Position numbers and translations under genes: made by a program. A stretch of DNA of 64,000 nucleotides from an uncultured delta proteobacterium (GTDB taxonomy: Bacteria; Desulfobacterota; RBG-13-43-22), in the NCBI GenBank assembly GCA_963843145.1, contig CAWJJC010000020.1:1-64000 (forward strand). Direction: 5' to 3'. Numbering within the stretch: position 1 is the first letter of the stretch; the number at the start of each line of letters is the position of its first letter. Below, piece by piece: positions 8,222 to 20,484 of this stretch. Under the pieces are notes generated by a model that worked only from the letters and a program-made list of their open reading frames with translations, was not told where the DNA came from and did not search any database.

Positions 8222-11211
8222 TTATTCTCGTATTAGCTCCCCCGGCTCGATTAACAATGGGATTTCCCCGGTCTGGTTTTTGGCCAATGAACGGTCCAAG
8301 AAGGCCCTGGACAGCAGGCCGCCCAACCCGACGGCCAGTAGGTCCACCACCCTGGATAGGAAGCCCGCCGATCCTCCCCCTAAACCGGAGAACAAGAAAG
8401 GGATCAGGGAACCGCCTAATCCCAACCCCAGGGTGGTGCGCAGCATCCGGTTGGGTGGTCGTTCACCGGTCCCTTCGCCCGCCCGGGCCCGGCAGGCATC
8501 GGCGTACAGCAACTGGTTGACCGACAGGCTTTGATGGAACAGACGCCCGGCTTCCCGACCCGTTCCGTATCGTAACAGACCGTACGCCCCAGGCCCTCCG
8601 GCCCCGGCCATCATGGCCAGGCCTTCCGGGATAGTGTCCCCCCACTCCCTTCCGGACAACAGGCCCTTCTCCGGAACGCTGTATTCCTTTTCCATAATCT
8701 CCGGATCCGGAGGATCCATGGCCAGGGAGAGACAGGCCAGGTTGGTCCAGAGCGGCTGCCAGACCCCGGCTTCCCGCCCCATCGATCCGCTGCGAGAGAG
8801 CAGTTCGGAAGCGATATCCACCTGGTTGTTCACCACCAGGAAGCGGATGCTTTTTCTTAAGTTCTCGTAAAAGGACCGCCCGTCGGCGATAGCCGCCGGC
8901 ACTTTGCGGATGTCGTCATCCTCAAGAACCAAGTCGGCAGTGTGGCGAGCCAGATCGGCCCCTTCCCTCCCCATAGCCATCCCGACATCCGCCACCTTGA
9001 GGGCCAGGACATCATTGAAACCGTCTCCCACCATGGCCACTTTCAGTCCGGCGCTCTGGTAGGCCTGAATAATTTCCAGCTTCTGAGTGGGGCTGAGACG
9101 GGCGAAAATATGGGCCCGGGTCGCTACCCCCATCAAGCTGGCGCGGTTCAACCCTTTCAGGTTCAAGGAATCCAGGATAACCAGCGGCTCTTCCCCGCTC
9201 AAACTCAGCTCCTGCCCGATATGGTTGGCGGTCAGGTTCTGGTCGCCGGTGATCACGGTGGTGCGTATGCCGGCCCGCTGCAGTTCGGCGATCATTTCCC
9301 TCGCCCCGGGCCTGATGGGGTCCGCCAGTCCCACCAATCCGGACCAGACCAGACTGCCCGATTCCGGATGATCCAAATCACGTTTCTTAACCCGGCCCCA
9401 GTAAAAAGCTACCCCCAGGACCCGGAGACCCTGACCGGCCATCCGGGAATTCTCCAGTTCGATACGCTCCCGGTCCTCCTCCTCCAGGTTCAGCGTTTCC
9501 CCGTCCTGGAAGCGGAAACGGCACCTTTCCAGGACTTCCAGCGGGCTGCCCTTGACCACCGTCAGCTTCCTTTCCTCATCCCAACGGTGAATCGTCATCA
9601 TCAAAGGGGTTTTTTCGCGGCGGTGGCGGATATCCAGTAGGGGGTGTTCGCTGCGCAGGGAGGCCACCGGCAGGCCGGCGTCCTCCGCCAGGACGATCAA
9701 GGCCTTTTCGGTGGACGAACCTTCCAAGGACCGCGGTCCGGCGGTTTCCACCAGGACCTCGTTACACAGGGTCGTGCAGGTAATCAGCCAGGAAATATCC
9801 CGAGTCCCTTAACAGGGCGAATTCCCGCCCGTCGCCATGCCAGGAATCTCCCCCGGGAAACCAGCACCCGTTTCCCTCCGGCCTGCATTTCGGCCGCGGT
9901 CATCCGGTTGCGGGTCAACGTCCCGGTTTTATCGAAACAGACCACCTGGATCGAGGCCAGGTTGGCCAGCACGCGCAGGCGGTGGACCAGGATGCGTTTT
10001 TTACGGAGTTCCACGTGCCCCAGGGCAAAAGCGCTCAAGGCCAGGGTGGAGATTCCGGAGGGGATGGTCGCGGCAATCAAAGCCAGGGTGTCGCGCATGA
10101 TCCGGACCAGACCGAAGCCGCGCAGCAACGAAAGCAGCGCATAGGCGAATGAAGCGCCCAGGGCCAGCCGAAAGAAATGGTAGGTTATTTTTTTGATCTC
10201 TCCGGCCGCTACGGCCTCCGGGGGAAACACCGCGCCTAAATACTGCTGCAGGCGGCCCAGGACCGTATGCGTCCCGATGGCCACCACCACCGCCCGCCCG
10301 CGGCCTTCCGCTACCAGGGTGCCCCGATAAATCATATTCCGCCGCTGGGGAATGGGCCGGTCTCCCCCTTTGAGGGCACTGGGGAACTTGTGCTCCGGGA
10401 GGCTTTCCCCGGTCAAGGCGGCCTCGTTCAGGCTCAAATGGTGCGCCTCGATCAGGCGGGCATCGGCCGGGATCCGCGATCCCACCTGCAGATCCAGCAG
10501 GTCCCCGGGGACCACCTTTCCGAATTCAATCTCCCGGACCGATCCATCCCGCACGACCCGGGCCTGGAGCACCACCCGGTGGCTGACCCGCTTCAGGCTT
10601 TTTTCAGCCCGGCTTTCGATGACCGTGCCCACGGCGATGTTGGCCAGGGCCACCCCCAGGGTCAGCAGACCGTCGAACACCCGACCGGCGATGATAGAAA
10701 AACCGGAAGCCCCGGCGATGAGCAGGATGGGCCAGGACAGGCTCTGCCCTTTGAGGATGTCGAACAGGGTCCTCCGGGACAATATAGGCAGCGCATTTTC
10801 CCCATAACGAACGGTCCGGGCCTCCGCTTCTATTGCGGACAATCCCATGGTCTCCGAGGTATCCAGCCGCCGGATGACCTCTTCGACTCCCAGCAGATGC
10901 CAGGAATCCGAACCGGCCTCCGGTTGAACCGGTTCCCCGACCGCTCCGGCATGGCCGGAATCCCGGGAGACGCCCTGGCCCGGTGAATAGCGGCCTACCA
11001 GGCGTTCCAGGCTTTCTATCAGGCCCTTTACTGATTGGGGCGATTGGTAGTGAATCAGGGCGGTCCCGGTCAACGGATTGGCAACCACCCGGATGATCCC
11101 AGCCTTTCCTTTGATCCCGGTTTCCAGAAAGCGGGCCAACGTTTCGGACCCCCGGAGGCCGGTGAGCTGAAACCGTATCCTTCCCTTTAGTTGGTGCACC
11201 ACCCGGATCAT
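8222..11211 (-). CDS. HMA2-fused P2-type ATPase with degenerate ion-binding sites (frameshift near 9780)
   Basis: N-terminal VVHQLKGRIRF, TGES, DKTGT, GDGFND; TM4 reads PSGI instead of PEGL. Confidence 0.85.
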
Positions 11212-11492
11212 TGTCCCCTTGCCTGTTTTCGCAAATAGTCCTAAATGATCAGGACCCATAAACCGGAAATTCGGATTTTGAGTTTCTAACCAAAACTTCA
11301 ATAATTTTTGGTTAGTATTATCCCCCAAAAATAATCAAAAAAGCAACGCCTTCCCGGCCAAGGATTATTTTTTTTCACCAAAATGTAACCTGCCGGAAAT
11401 CAAATCTATTCATAAACTATGCCATACTTTCTGTCGACAACAATGATATCCACTTTAAACGACCTGAACCATAAGGGGTACAGGGGGAGAAA

Positions 11493-11693
11493 ATGAATCT
11501 AAAGGAAATGAAACCGACGGACAAAAAGACAAACCACCTGATTTATTCCGGTCCTTCCGGGCCGGCCTACGACTCATCAATCTCTAAAACGGAAGATGCC
11601 GCCCTTCATCCGGCCTTCGGCCGGAAAGAAAAGATCTCCCGGCACCCTTTCCCGGAGGATGAGGATTTCCGGGAATACTACCGCCTCCGATAA
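11493..11693 (+). CDS. Small hypothetical protein (66 aa)
   Basis: RBS GGGGAG before ATG; weak 11-bp periodic motif at 11374-11428. Confidence 0.4.
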   Translation: MNLKEMKPTDKKTNHLIYSGPSGPAYDSSISKTEDAALHPAFGRKEKISRHPFPEDEDFREYYRLR

Positions 11694-11805
11694 CTGCCAG
11701 ACTGAGAAGGCGCATTACCTTCGACACTTCGTCCTTTAGGCTCGCTCCCACCCCATTCCGGTAGGGCTGCCGGGAGCCGGCGACCATGAAGCCCCGATTT
11801 CAAAC

Positions 11806-11938
11806 TAACCCTCCATGCCCTGGGCGGGCACCCCGAAGCATTAAAATTCCGAGGATATTCTTGAGTTAACCCCCATCCCCCGGCGGGGCCCCGCGAAGCA
11901 TGAAAACAATCGGGGCGAGTCAACAACTAACCCCATGG
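11806..11938 (+). repeat. Short tandem array of the GGGCACCCCGAAGCATGAAAA repeat
   Basis: Units begin TAACCC at about 11806, 11867 and 11928 (~61-bp period); third unit truncated. Confidence 0.6.
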
Positions 11939-12064
11939 ATAATTGGATCAAGTGTTAATTAAAGTTAATGAGTGGTGTCAGATTTTATTTACATATTATT
12001 TTCATGAACATCTACTCTCACCCGCGAAAAGGGCGATCAACATTAAATTCTTCCGGCCCCTGTT

Positions 12065-12118
12065 TTTACCTTAAAATCATTGGATCGACATAATTCCGCC
12101 ATATTCCCGGGGGTATAA
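12065..12118 (+). promoter_or_regulatory. Pho-box-like promoter of the methyltransferase-PSD-glycosyltransferase-phoH operon
   Basis: TTTAC-n6-ATCAT-n6-GACAT-n6-GCCAT-n10-TATAAT; ATG follows 9 nt later, so probably leaderless. Confidence 0.75.
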
Positions 12119-12127
12119 TGCCCCCAT

Positions 12128-12833
12128 ATGTTGTACCGAGTCAAAACCAGCCCTCAAGTAATAGACAGCTCGGCCTTCAGCCTCTCCCCCGATCTGATTC
12201 AACGCATATTAAAAAGGGCCAAACCGCTGGGGCACCATTCCCGGCCGGGCAACGCCAACCTGGGATTCGGGTTCCTTTATTACGGTCTGGTCCGGGCCGT
12301 TCGTCCCAAACACATCCTGGTCATCGGCTCCGGACACGGCTTCTCCGTGGTCTGCTTGGCCCTGGGTCTGAAGGATAACGGGCAGGGGCACGTTTCCTTT
12401 ATCGATCCCTCTTATTCCTTGATGAAGAACGGGCCTTTTCACACGGTCGGCGGCCAGTCGAAATGGAATAATCCACAGAAGGTGAAAGATCATTTCGCCC
12501 GCTTCGGGGTCGATCGCTGGATAACCCACTACAAGCTGCGCAGCGATCAATTCTTTCCTGAATATTCTCAGCTGACAATTGCCGCCTATTGATCTGGCCT
12601 TTATCGACGGCAATCATGCCTACCAGGCCGTCCGCTACGATTTCCTGCAAACCGCCGGGAGGGCGCGAAAAAACAGCTACCTCTTCCTGCATGACACCAA
12701 CATCTACGTGCGGGAGATTTTGGGCCATGCCGGGGTCAAACGTTTCCTCCAGGAATTGAAAAATGAGCCCGATTTTTTTGAAGTGCCTCGACTTTCCTTT
12801 TTCATCCGGAGTTGCCCTGATCCGGCTTCTTAA
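12128..12833 (+). CDS. Class I SAM-dependent methyltransferase (Methyltransf_24-like, frameshifted)
   Basis: VIGSGHGFS motif I; IDLAFIDGNHAY and FLHD in the next frame. Confidence 0.75.
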
Positions 12834-12842
12834 GAAGAAAAC

Positions 12843-13538
12843 ATGGAAACCCGAACCTGGGTCATTATCGGCGCAGCCCTCCTGCTCCTGATTGTGGCCT
12901 ATCTCTACTGGCGCTATATCTGGTTCTTCCGCAACCCCGGCCGGGCGCCCCATGGATCGGGTCTGGTCAGCCCGGCCGACGGGCGGGTGGTCTATGTCCA
13001 GGAAGTCGGTCCTCGGGAAAAGATCATCGCCATAAAAAAAGGGGCCTCCGCCAGCATCAATGATATCTGCCGTCAGGACCTGGCCTGCCCTAAAATACAC
13101 ATCGGCATCTTTATGAGCCCTTTTAATGTTCACTACAACCGGGCCCCGCTTTCCGGAGAAATCAAATTCATCCACCATTATCCCGCCGACCCGGATAATG
13201 TCCAGATGCTGCCCATGCATTGGCGCTCCCTGTTCCGACGGACCGATTATACCCGAAATTCCCTGCATCTACTGCAAAACGAACGGACCGTGACCTGCAT
13301 CGAGGGGATCTATCGGGAACTGCGCTTGCCCTGTTATGTCGTTCAGATAGCCGGAAAGCGTGTCCGGGGCATCGAAAGTCATTTTAAACCCGGGCAACAG
13401 GTGACCGCGGGAGAGATATTCGGGATGATTCGGATCGGGTCGCAAGTGGATGTCGTGGTTCCGCGGGCGACGGGGCTGAAGATCCGGGTTCGAACCGGTG
13501 ACCGGGTCCGGGCCGGGGAAACCCTGTTAATCGAATAG
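12843..13538 (+). CDS. psd: Phosphatidylserine decarboxylase-family protein
   Basis: N-terminal TM, FFRNP, SPADG, IFMSPFNVHYNRAP, NER, GMIRIGSQVD autocleavage-type motif. Confidence 0.8.
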   Translation: METRTWVIIGAALLLLIVAYLYWRYIWFFRNPGRAPHGSGLVSPADGRVVYVQEVGPREKIIAIKKGASASINDICRQDLACPKIHIGIFMSPFNVHYNRAPLSGEIKFIHHYPADPDNVQMLPMHWRSLFRRTDYTRNSLHLLQNERTVTCIEGIYRELRLPCYVVQIAGKRVRGIESHFKPGQQVTAGEIFGMIRIGSQVDVVVPRATGLKIRVRTGDRVRAGETLLIE

Positions 13539-13575
13539 TTAAGAATTTTTCAAATTCTTAAAGGAGTTGACTGCC

Positions 13576-16039
13576 ATGGAAGCCCAAACCGTAAAAATCG
13601 ATATGCACCTCCACTCCAAGTATTCCCGCAACCCTTCCACCTGGATCCTGAAAAAGATCGGCTGCCCGGAAAGTTTTTCCGAGCCCCTGCGCCTTTATCA
13701 AATGGCCCGGCAGCAAGGGCTGACCCATGTCACCATCACCGACCACAATCAACTGGCTGGGTCTCTGGATATCGCCCATCTGCCCACACCTTTATCAGCG
13801 AGGAAGTCACCACCTATTTTCCGGAAGACCGCTGCAAACTCCATGTCCTGGTTTACCGAATCGATGAGGCCATCCACCGGGAAATACAGACCCTCCGGGA
13901 GAATGTCTTTGATCTGGTTCCCTATCTCCGTTCCCGGGGAATCTTTCACGTGCTGGCCCACCCTCTTTTCGGGGTCAATGAACGGCTGACCCTCCGTCAT
14001 TTCGAACAATGTCTGTTGCTGTTCAATTATTTCGAGCTGAACGGGGCCCGGGACGGGCAACTCAATATCCTCTTGCAAGAACTCCTTTCCCGCCTCCGCA
14101 AGGTTGACCTGGAAAAGCTGGCCGACCGGTATAACTTAGCCCCCTACGGAGACCGGCCCTGGGAAAAGCACCTGACCGGGGGCTCCGACGATCACAGCAC
14201 CCTGTCCCTCGGGCGGCAATACACGGAGGTGCCCGGGGCCCGGACGCTGAATGACTTTTTTCAGGGTCTGGAGCAGGGGCGGTCCGTCGTCGCCGGAGAG
14301 GCTTCCTCCCCGGCCTCGCTGGCTCGCACCCTATACAGCATTGCCTACCAATTTTACTGCCACAAGTTCAAGCTGGACAAGTATCTCCATAAAGACCTGC
14401 TCCTGCGCCTGTTGCACCGTTTTCTCCATTCACCGCAGCAGGGGGAATCCCGGCTGGTCTCCAAGGTCTACGACCTGTTCCAGGTCCACCTGCGGTCCTC
14501 CAAAACCCAGCAAACCCTGCAGTCCCTCCCGGATTACCTGCGTTTCGAAATCTATAAGCTGCTGGCCGGCGACCCGGCCTTGAAACAATTCCTGAAGAAT
14601 GGCGATGATCAAACCCGGCCGCTGGAGGAAAAGTGGTTTTCCCTGGTCAACCGCATTTCCAACCGCATTCTTTTCCAGATCGGAAACGTCCTCTTGGATA
14701 ACCTGTCCCGAGGGAATGTCTTCGGCTTTTTCCAGGCCGTCGGTTCCGCCGGTTCGCTTTATTTCCTCCTGGCCCCCTATTTCATCGCTTTTTCCCATTT
14801 CGCCCAGGACCGGCAACTGGCCGGAGAGATCAGCCGATCCTGTCCCCTCGGCCCCCCGACCGCACCAAACGCCCGGCGCCTGCGGATCGCCCATTTTACC
14901 GATACCTTTTATCAGGTCAACGGGGTGGCGCTGACCCTCCAGCAACAGGTGGCCATGGCCAAAAAAAACAACAAGCGGCTCACGGTCATCACCTGTGACT
15001 GGATCGACGAACAGGACACTGAACCGGAAATCAAAAAATTTCGCCCTGTCGGATCCTACGACCTGACCGAGTACCCGGAATTCAAACTTCATTTTCCGCC
15101 TTTCCTGGAAATGCTGCAGTACTGTTACCAGGAACAATTTACCGCCATCCACACGGCCACCCCGGGTCCGGTCGGGCTGGCGGCTTTGGCGATCGCCCGC
15201 ATCCTGAAGCTGCCCTGTTACAGCACCTACCACACCTCCATCCCGCAGTACGCCCGCTACCTGACCGAGGACCCCAATATCGAAGATCTCCCTGGAAATA
15301 TATCTGCTGGTATTATGACCAAATGGACCGGGTCTATGTCCCCTCCCAAAGCACCCAGCAGGAATTGATCGGAAAAGGCCTGGCCGCTGAAAAAATTCAA
15401 CTCTTCGCCCGGGGCATCGATACGCAGCGGTTCCATCCGGACAAGCGGAACGGATTTTTTGAGGCCCGCTTCTCCGTCCGGCCGGGCTTTAAGCTCCTCT
15501 ACGTGGGCCGGGTCTCCAAAGAAAAAAACCTCCGGGTCTTGGGCGAGGCCTATAAGCGACTCTGGCGCCGCCGGAAAGACCTGCAACTCATTATTGTGGG
15601 GGACGGACCTTATTGGAAAGAATTTCAAGATTGGATGAGTGATACCCCCTGTCTGTTTACCGGATATTTAGACGGGGAGGACCTGACGGCGGCCTATGCC
15701 TCGGCCGATCTGTTCATTTTCCCCAGCAGTACGGATACCTTCGGGAATGTCATTCTGGAGGCCCAGGCCTCGGGATTGCCGGTCATTGTGACTGACCAGG
15801 GCGGGCCTCAAGAAAACATTCTGTCCGGGGAAACGGGGCTGATCGTCCCCGCGGATGATCCCCAGGCCCTCGTCGACGCCGTGGAAAACCTGGTTGCCGA
15901 TCCCCTGCGACTGAAACGCATGGGACAGGCGGCGAGGCAGTTTTTGGAGGACCGCTCCTTTGAGAAGGCTTTCCAGGAAACTTGGGAAATGTACCGCCAC
16001 CCGCTCCACCCCGGGCAGAGTCCTGGCCAGGCCGTATGA
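13576..16039 (+). CDS. PHP-domain plus GT4 glycosyltransferase fusion (two frameshifts)
   Basis: DMHLHSKYS, ITDHN, GGSDDH; HFTDTF..NGV, YVGRVSKEKN, DTFGNVILEAQASGLPV. Confidence 0.85.
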
Positions 16040-16100
16040 ATCTGGAATGACCGTCCAAGACAAACGCCAAAAAACGATTTCCTATTCAAAGGAACCCACA

Positions 16101-17399
16101 ATGTCCAACCTCTATATTTTAGACACCAACGTTTTGCTGCACGATCCGAACGCCCTATTTGCCTTTCAGGAAAACGAAGTCATTATTCCGCTGGCCGTCG
16201 TGGAGGAGATCGACAACCAGAAAAAAAGGCAGGACGAAATCGGCCGAAATGCCCGGGTGGTCTCCCGAAAATCGGATGCCCTGCGGGCCCATGGCAATCT
16301 GGCGGAGGGATTACCCCTGCCTACGGGCGGGCGACTGCGCATCGAGTTAAACCATCAGGATGGGCACAGCCTTCCGGCCGCCCTGGACACCCAGAAATTC
16401 GACAATCGCATCCTGGCCGTGGCGCATTATTTCAACCGCCGCCAGGAAGGCGGGACGGTCCTGGTGACCAAGGATTTGAACCTGCGGATCAAAGCCGACG
16501 TACTGGGGATTCAGGCTGAGGATTATCAGTCGGAAACGGTCAATTATCAGCGACTGTATACCGGGGCCGGGGAACGGAACCTGAACGCCGAGGAACTCAA
16601 CCGCTTCTACCGGGAAGGCCGGGTGAAGGTCTCCGATCCCGGCGCCGCCTTGCCCCATCAGTTTTTCATCCTCCGCAGTCAAGACAGCCCCTCCCAGTCC
16701 GCCCTGGCCCGGCATTTCCGGGACACTCTCCTGCCCCTGTCCCACGGAGAGACCACCAATTGGGGCATCAAGGCCTTGAACAAAGAGCAAAAATTCGCCC
16801 TGGAGCTGTTGTTGCACGATCCGATCAAGGTGGTCACTCTGGTAGGCAAGGCCGGCACCGGCAAGACCCTGCTGGCCCTGGCCGTGGGACTGGAAAAAGT
16901 AATCGAGCAAATCAATTTACCCGGCTGTTGATTACCCGTCCGGTCATCCCCATGGGACAGGACATCGGCTACCTCCCCGGTTCCAAGGAAGAAAAGCTGC
17001 GCCCCTGGATGCAGCCCATTTTCGACAATCTGGAGTTTCTCTCCAATAGCGCCTCCCAGCCCTCGGCGGTGGTGGAGGATTTACTGGAACGGGGCCTGAT
17101 CGAAATGGAGGCGCTGACTTACATCCGCGGCCGCAGTATACCCCGGCAGTTCATCATCTGCGACGAGGCCCAAAAACTTTCCCCCACATGATCAAGACCC
17201 TCATCACCCGGGTCGGCCGGGGACCAAGATCGTCTTCACCGGGGACCCGGTTCAGATGGACCATCCCTACCTGGACGCCAACAGCAACGGATTGAGCTAC
17301 CTGGTGGAAAAGCTGAAAGGCGAAGAGATCACCGGTCACGTGACCTTGGTCAAAGGAGAAAGGTCCCAAGTGGCCGAGCTGGGGGCCCGGTTGTTGTAA
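16101..17399 (+). CDS. phoH: PIN-PhoH (PhoH2) protein (frameshifted)
   Basis: [13 protein letters not shown] domain; [23 protein letters not shown]. Confidence 0.9.
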
Positions 17400-18069
17400 C
17401 AAATCGTTATCGGATTACCGCTTTACCAGGCCCCAGTTCGCCTTCCTCTGAAGCCGCAGAAGATTCTTCATTTGTTTGCAAAAAATTCATCGATTCATCA
17501 CTGATTATTACACAACCCTGCTACATATTCCCTGACTGAAGACCGAAAACCAGGCAGTTGCTCCTGGTTTATGGCTATCCGCCGGATCTGGAGGAATGTA
17601 TCATCACGGAATTTGACGAAAGAATTCGAAACTATTTTGAGTCGAAAGACGTGGGAAAGGGGTCATTGAGGTGAAAAACCGTTGGGGCGAGTTGGAAAAT
17701 TCCCGCTGAAAGACCCTATCCGCATTCTTTGCCTGGATACCCGGCAAAAGGCCAGTTATATTATTATTTAACGGGGATCACCATGCACTCCCGGATAACT
17801 TTCCGGAAGGCCGGTGAAATGCTCAGGGCCTTCCCGATCGATCTTATTTTTTCCCAACGGCAAGGCCTGGTCCTCTACCGTGGCCATTTTATCACGGAGA
17901 TTCCCCAACCTCTTCGGGAAAAAGTCCGGGCTTTTCTGCCGGAAGAAGAACAACGAGCCGCCTGAAGAGGTTCAACCAACAATATAAAGTGGTGGGGAGG
18001 CCATTCTGGTAGCTGAGGATGAGGAGGTCGTTCGGTCCTTCGTTGAGGAAATCTGATGCGCCATGCTCT

Positions 18070-18327
18070 TTAATTGATCGGAACTGGTGCGGAGGTGTTC
18101 CATGACTTGAAGAACAGGTCGGAGACGCTGCGGGCCATCCATAAGGAGAAAGCCAGGGCGCCCAGGGTAATGATCGTACCCGCTATCAAAAACCAGGTAA
18201 ACAGCTCCTGGAATTCCTTGTTCAAATCATTGACGTAGATGCCCGAGCCAATGACCCCGCCCCACTCGTTAAACCCTTTGACATAGGAAAGATCGGCGAG
18301 ATCGGGGTCTCGGCTGCGGTAAAACAA
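18070..18327 (-). pseudogene. Remnant of a Cache-domain chemoreceptor or sensor
   Basis: LSYVKGFNEWGGVIGSGIYVND (sCache_2 C-terminus) plus a TM helix; both ends missing. Confidence 0.6.
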
Positions 18328-18409
18328 ATAGTTTTTTCATTCCCTTACCTCATTCAAACTTCAAAAAATATCCTATAGACTCGAAATAAGGCTGAACAAT
18401 CCCCGGCCT

Positions 18410-20292
18410 TCAGGCCGCGTTGGCGGTTTGAAGGCTTTCGGCCTTTTCCGCCCCGCGAGGCCGAGGGGGGTGATCGGCCGGATCGGGTGTCTGTTGATGG
18501 CTCAAGAAAAAGTCGGCGCCCGCTTTTCCCAGGTATTTTTCCAGGACCACCGGATTGGTCTTGGCCAGGTCCACCAGAATCAATCCGTCCACCACCCGGC
18601 TAAATTGGGGGTCGATATTGAAGCCCAATAACTTTCCCCCAGTTTCAAGTACTGCTTCAAAAGAATAGGGATGCCTTTCTGATCCGCTTCCAGTTCGGCG
18701 ATCCAATCCGATACCTCGGCCGCATCCCGGATCATGGAAGCCACCGCTTGGTCCATCCAGCCCTTGCGGAGGTCCTGCCGGTAGGGACGTTTGGCCTTGA
18801 CCCAGCGGGCCAGCTCCGGCCGATAGTTCTGCTCCCGCAAGAATTTGATCAGCAGGGTTTTGGAAACGCGCCGGTAGTCGTCGCTGATGCTCACCGGCCC
18901 GAAGAGAAAGCGGTAACGGGGGTAGCGGACCACATACTGCCCGATGCCTTTCCAGAGCAGCATCAGGGTACTGAAGGCCTTTTGGTATTCCCGGCGGATG
19001 AAGGATCGCCCCAATTCCAGGGCGGGATGAATCTGCAGGAAGAAGTCGTTGTGAAACGTAAACAGGGAGGTGGTGTAAAGCCCTTTCTTCCCGTAGCGGC
19101 TTAAAATCAAATCCGTGGGCCCCAGACGGTAAGACCCCACTACTTCAAAGGTCTTCTTCTGCCAAAGAATCAGGTGGTGATAATGCGAGTCAAAAAGGTC
19201 CAGGTCGATGGATTTCCGGTCCCCTCCCCGGCCTCCCGGAAAGTGATTTCCCTCAACCGGCCCACTTCCCTTAAAACATAAGGGATCTGAGAGGCCCGGG
19301 CCCAGAAAACTGCGTAGTTTTCCTGTTCCAGGAGGATCTGAGCATCGGGCAAATTGCAGACTTCTTCCATCAGGAAATTCTTTACGGTAGGAACGACCAG
19401 GGGCTTCCAGGCCCGTCTTCGCTTCACCCGCTGCTTTTCTGCACTATTTTGGTTCACAGGCAGACGCTTACCCAGCAGATAAGTTCGCTGCCGGAGATAA
19501 TCAATCAGGTCCCGGTCGTTTGGAAAACGCTCGATCTTTTTGAAGGGGATCGGCTGACCGATCTTCATCTCAATCCGGGAATCCATTTTGTTCAGGAGCC
19601 CGTGGGACAGCAGGGCCGTCCGGAGCAGTGGGTGGATCAACCCTAGGAGATGAAACCAGGCGCTGTTCCTTCCCTGAAAATATACCGGGACCACTGTGGC
19701 CCTGGTTTTCCTGATCAGGCCGGCCACCAGGTCCCCCCACTCTGGGTCGGTAATGGATTTATTTTTCAAACTCCAGTGAGCCACCTCCCCGGCCGGGAAA
19801 ATCCCCAATAGATTTCCGTTTTTCAACCAGTCGAGGGATTCACGCAGCCCTTTCAGGTTCTTCCAGGCCGATTCTTTTCGTCCAAAGGGGTCCACAAAAA
19901 TCAGGTGATCCCGTACCTCCGGATCCGTTCCAAAAGATAATTGGCCAGGATCTTCTCATCCGGCCGGACCTTGAGGAGCAGATCGGCCAGGACGAGGCCT
20001 TCGATGCCTTCAAAGGGATGGTTGGCGACTACCACAACCGGTCCCCGACGGGACAGATGGCCCGGTCAAGCTCGGATATTTGGTAGCCAATGCGCAGTTG
20101 GGCCAGCGAACGCTCGAAAAAGGACCGGTCGTCCGATCCCCCGGCCACCTGGTCGTACATCCTGTTCAGGCGGGGAAAGGACAGCGCCCTTTCCAGAGAG
20201 GCCTCGATCAGAGGAAAAAATTTGCGGGGCCAGGGGCGATTGAACTGAAAATCTAATTTAAAGGGGAGGACTTCCGACTCTGTTGCTTCCAT
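18410..20292 (-). CDS. Acyltransferase plus GNAT N-acyltransferase fusion, OlsF-like amino-lipid synthase (several frameshifts)
   Basis: VVANHP and IFPAGEV (PlsC-like); GRLREITFREAGEG, GSYRLG, ELGRSF, LFGPVSIS, PILLKQY (OlsB-like). Confidence 0.8.
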
Positions 20293-20339
20293 GACCTACC
20301 TCCTTTTTTTTAAGGTTTACAGCCAGTTTCTGGAAAAGG

Positions 20340-20393
20340 ATTTTAACGGAACTGCGTGGCAATTTGATGGTGCGGAGGTGAAAATTAGATAAC
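20340..20393 (-). promoter_or_regulatory. Pho-box-like promoter of the OlsF-like gene
   Basis: Minus strand GTTAT-n6-TTCAC-n6-ACCAT-n6-GCCAC-n10-TAAAAT. Confidence 0.65.
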
Positions 20394-20424
20394 TTATTAA
20401 TATTTTGTTATTTTTGAAGAATAT

Positions 20425-20478
20425 TTAACGAAATCGATAGATTTCCTTCATCAAACTGTCACATTCCTACTATATCTT
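20425..20478 (+). promoter_or_regulatory. Pho-box-like promoter of the Zn-ribbon/HMA2 genes
   Basis: TTAAC-n6-GATAG-n6-TTCAT-n6-GTCAC-n10-TATCTT. Confidence 0.65.
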
Positions 20479-20484
20479 GGGGTC

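Noticed and set aside
11806-11938. Possible CRISPR array
   Set aside because: Only two full, divergent units, short spacers, no cas genes; the same repeat is dispersed elsewhere
17480-17965. Extra Pho-like box and a receiver-like ORF
   Set aside because: Half-site spacing is irregular and the reading frame is broken; too weak to call
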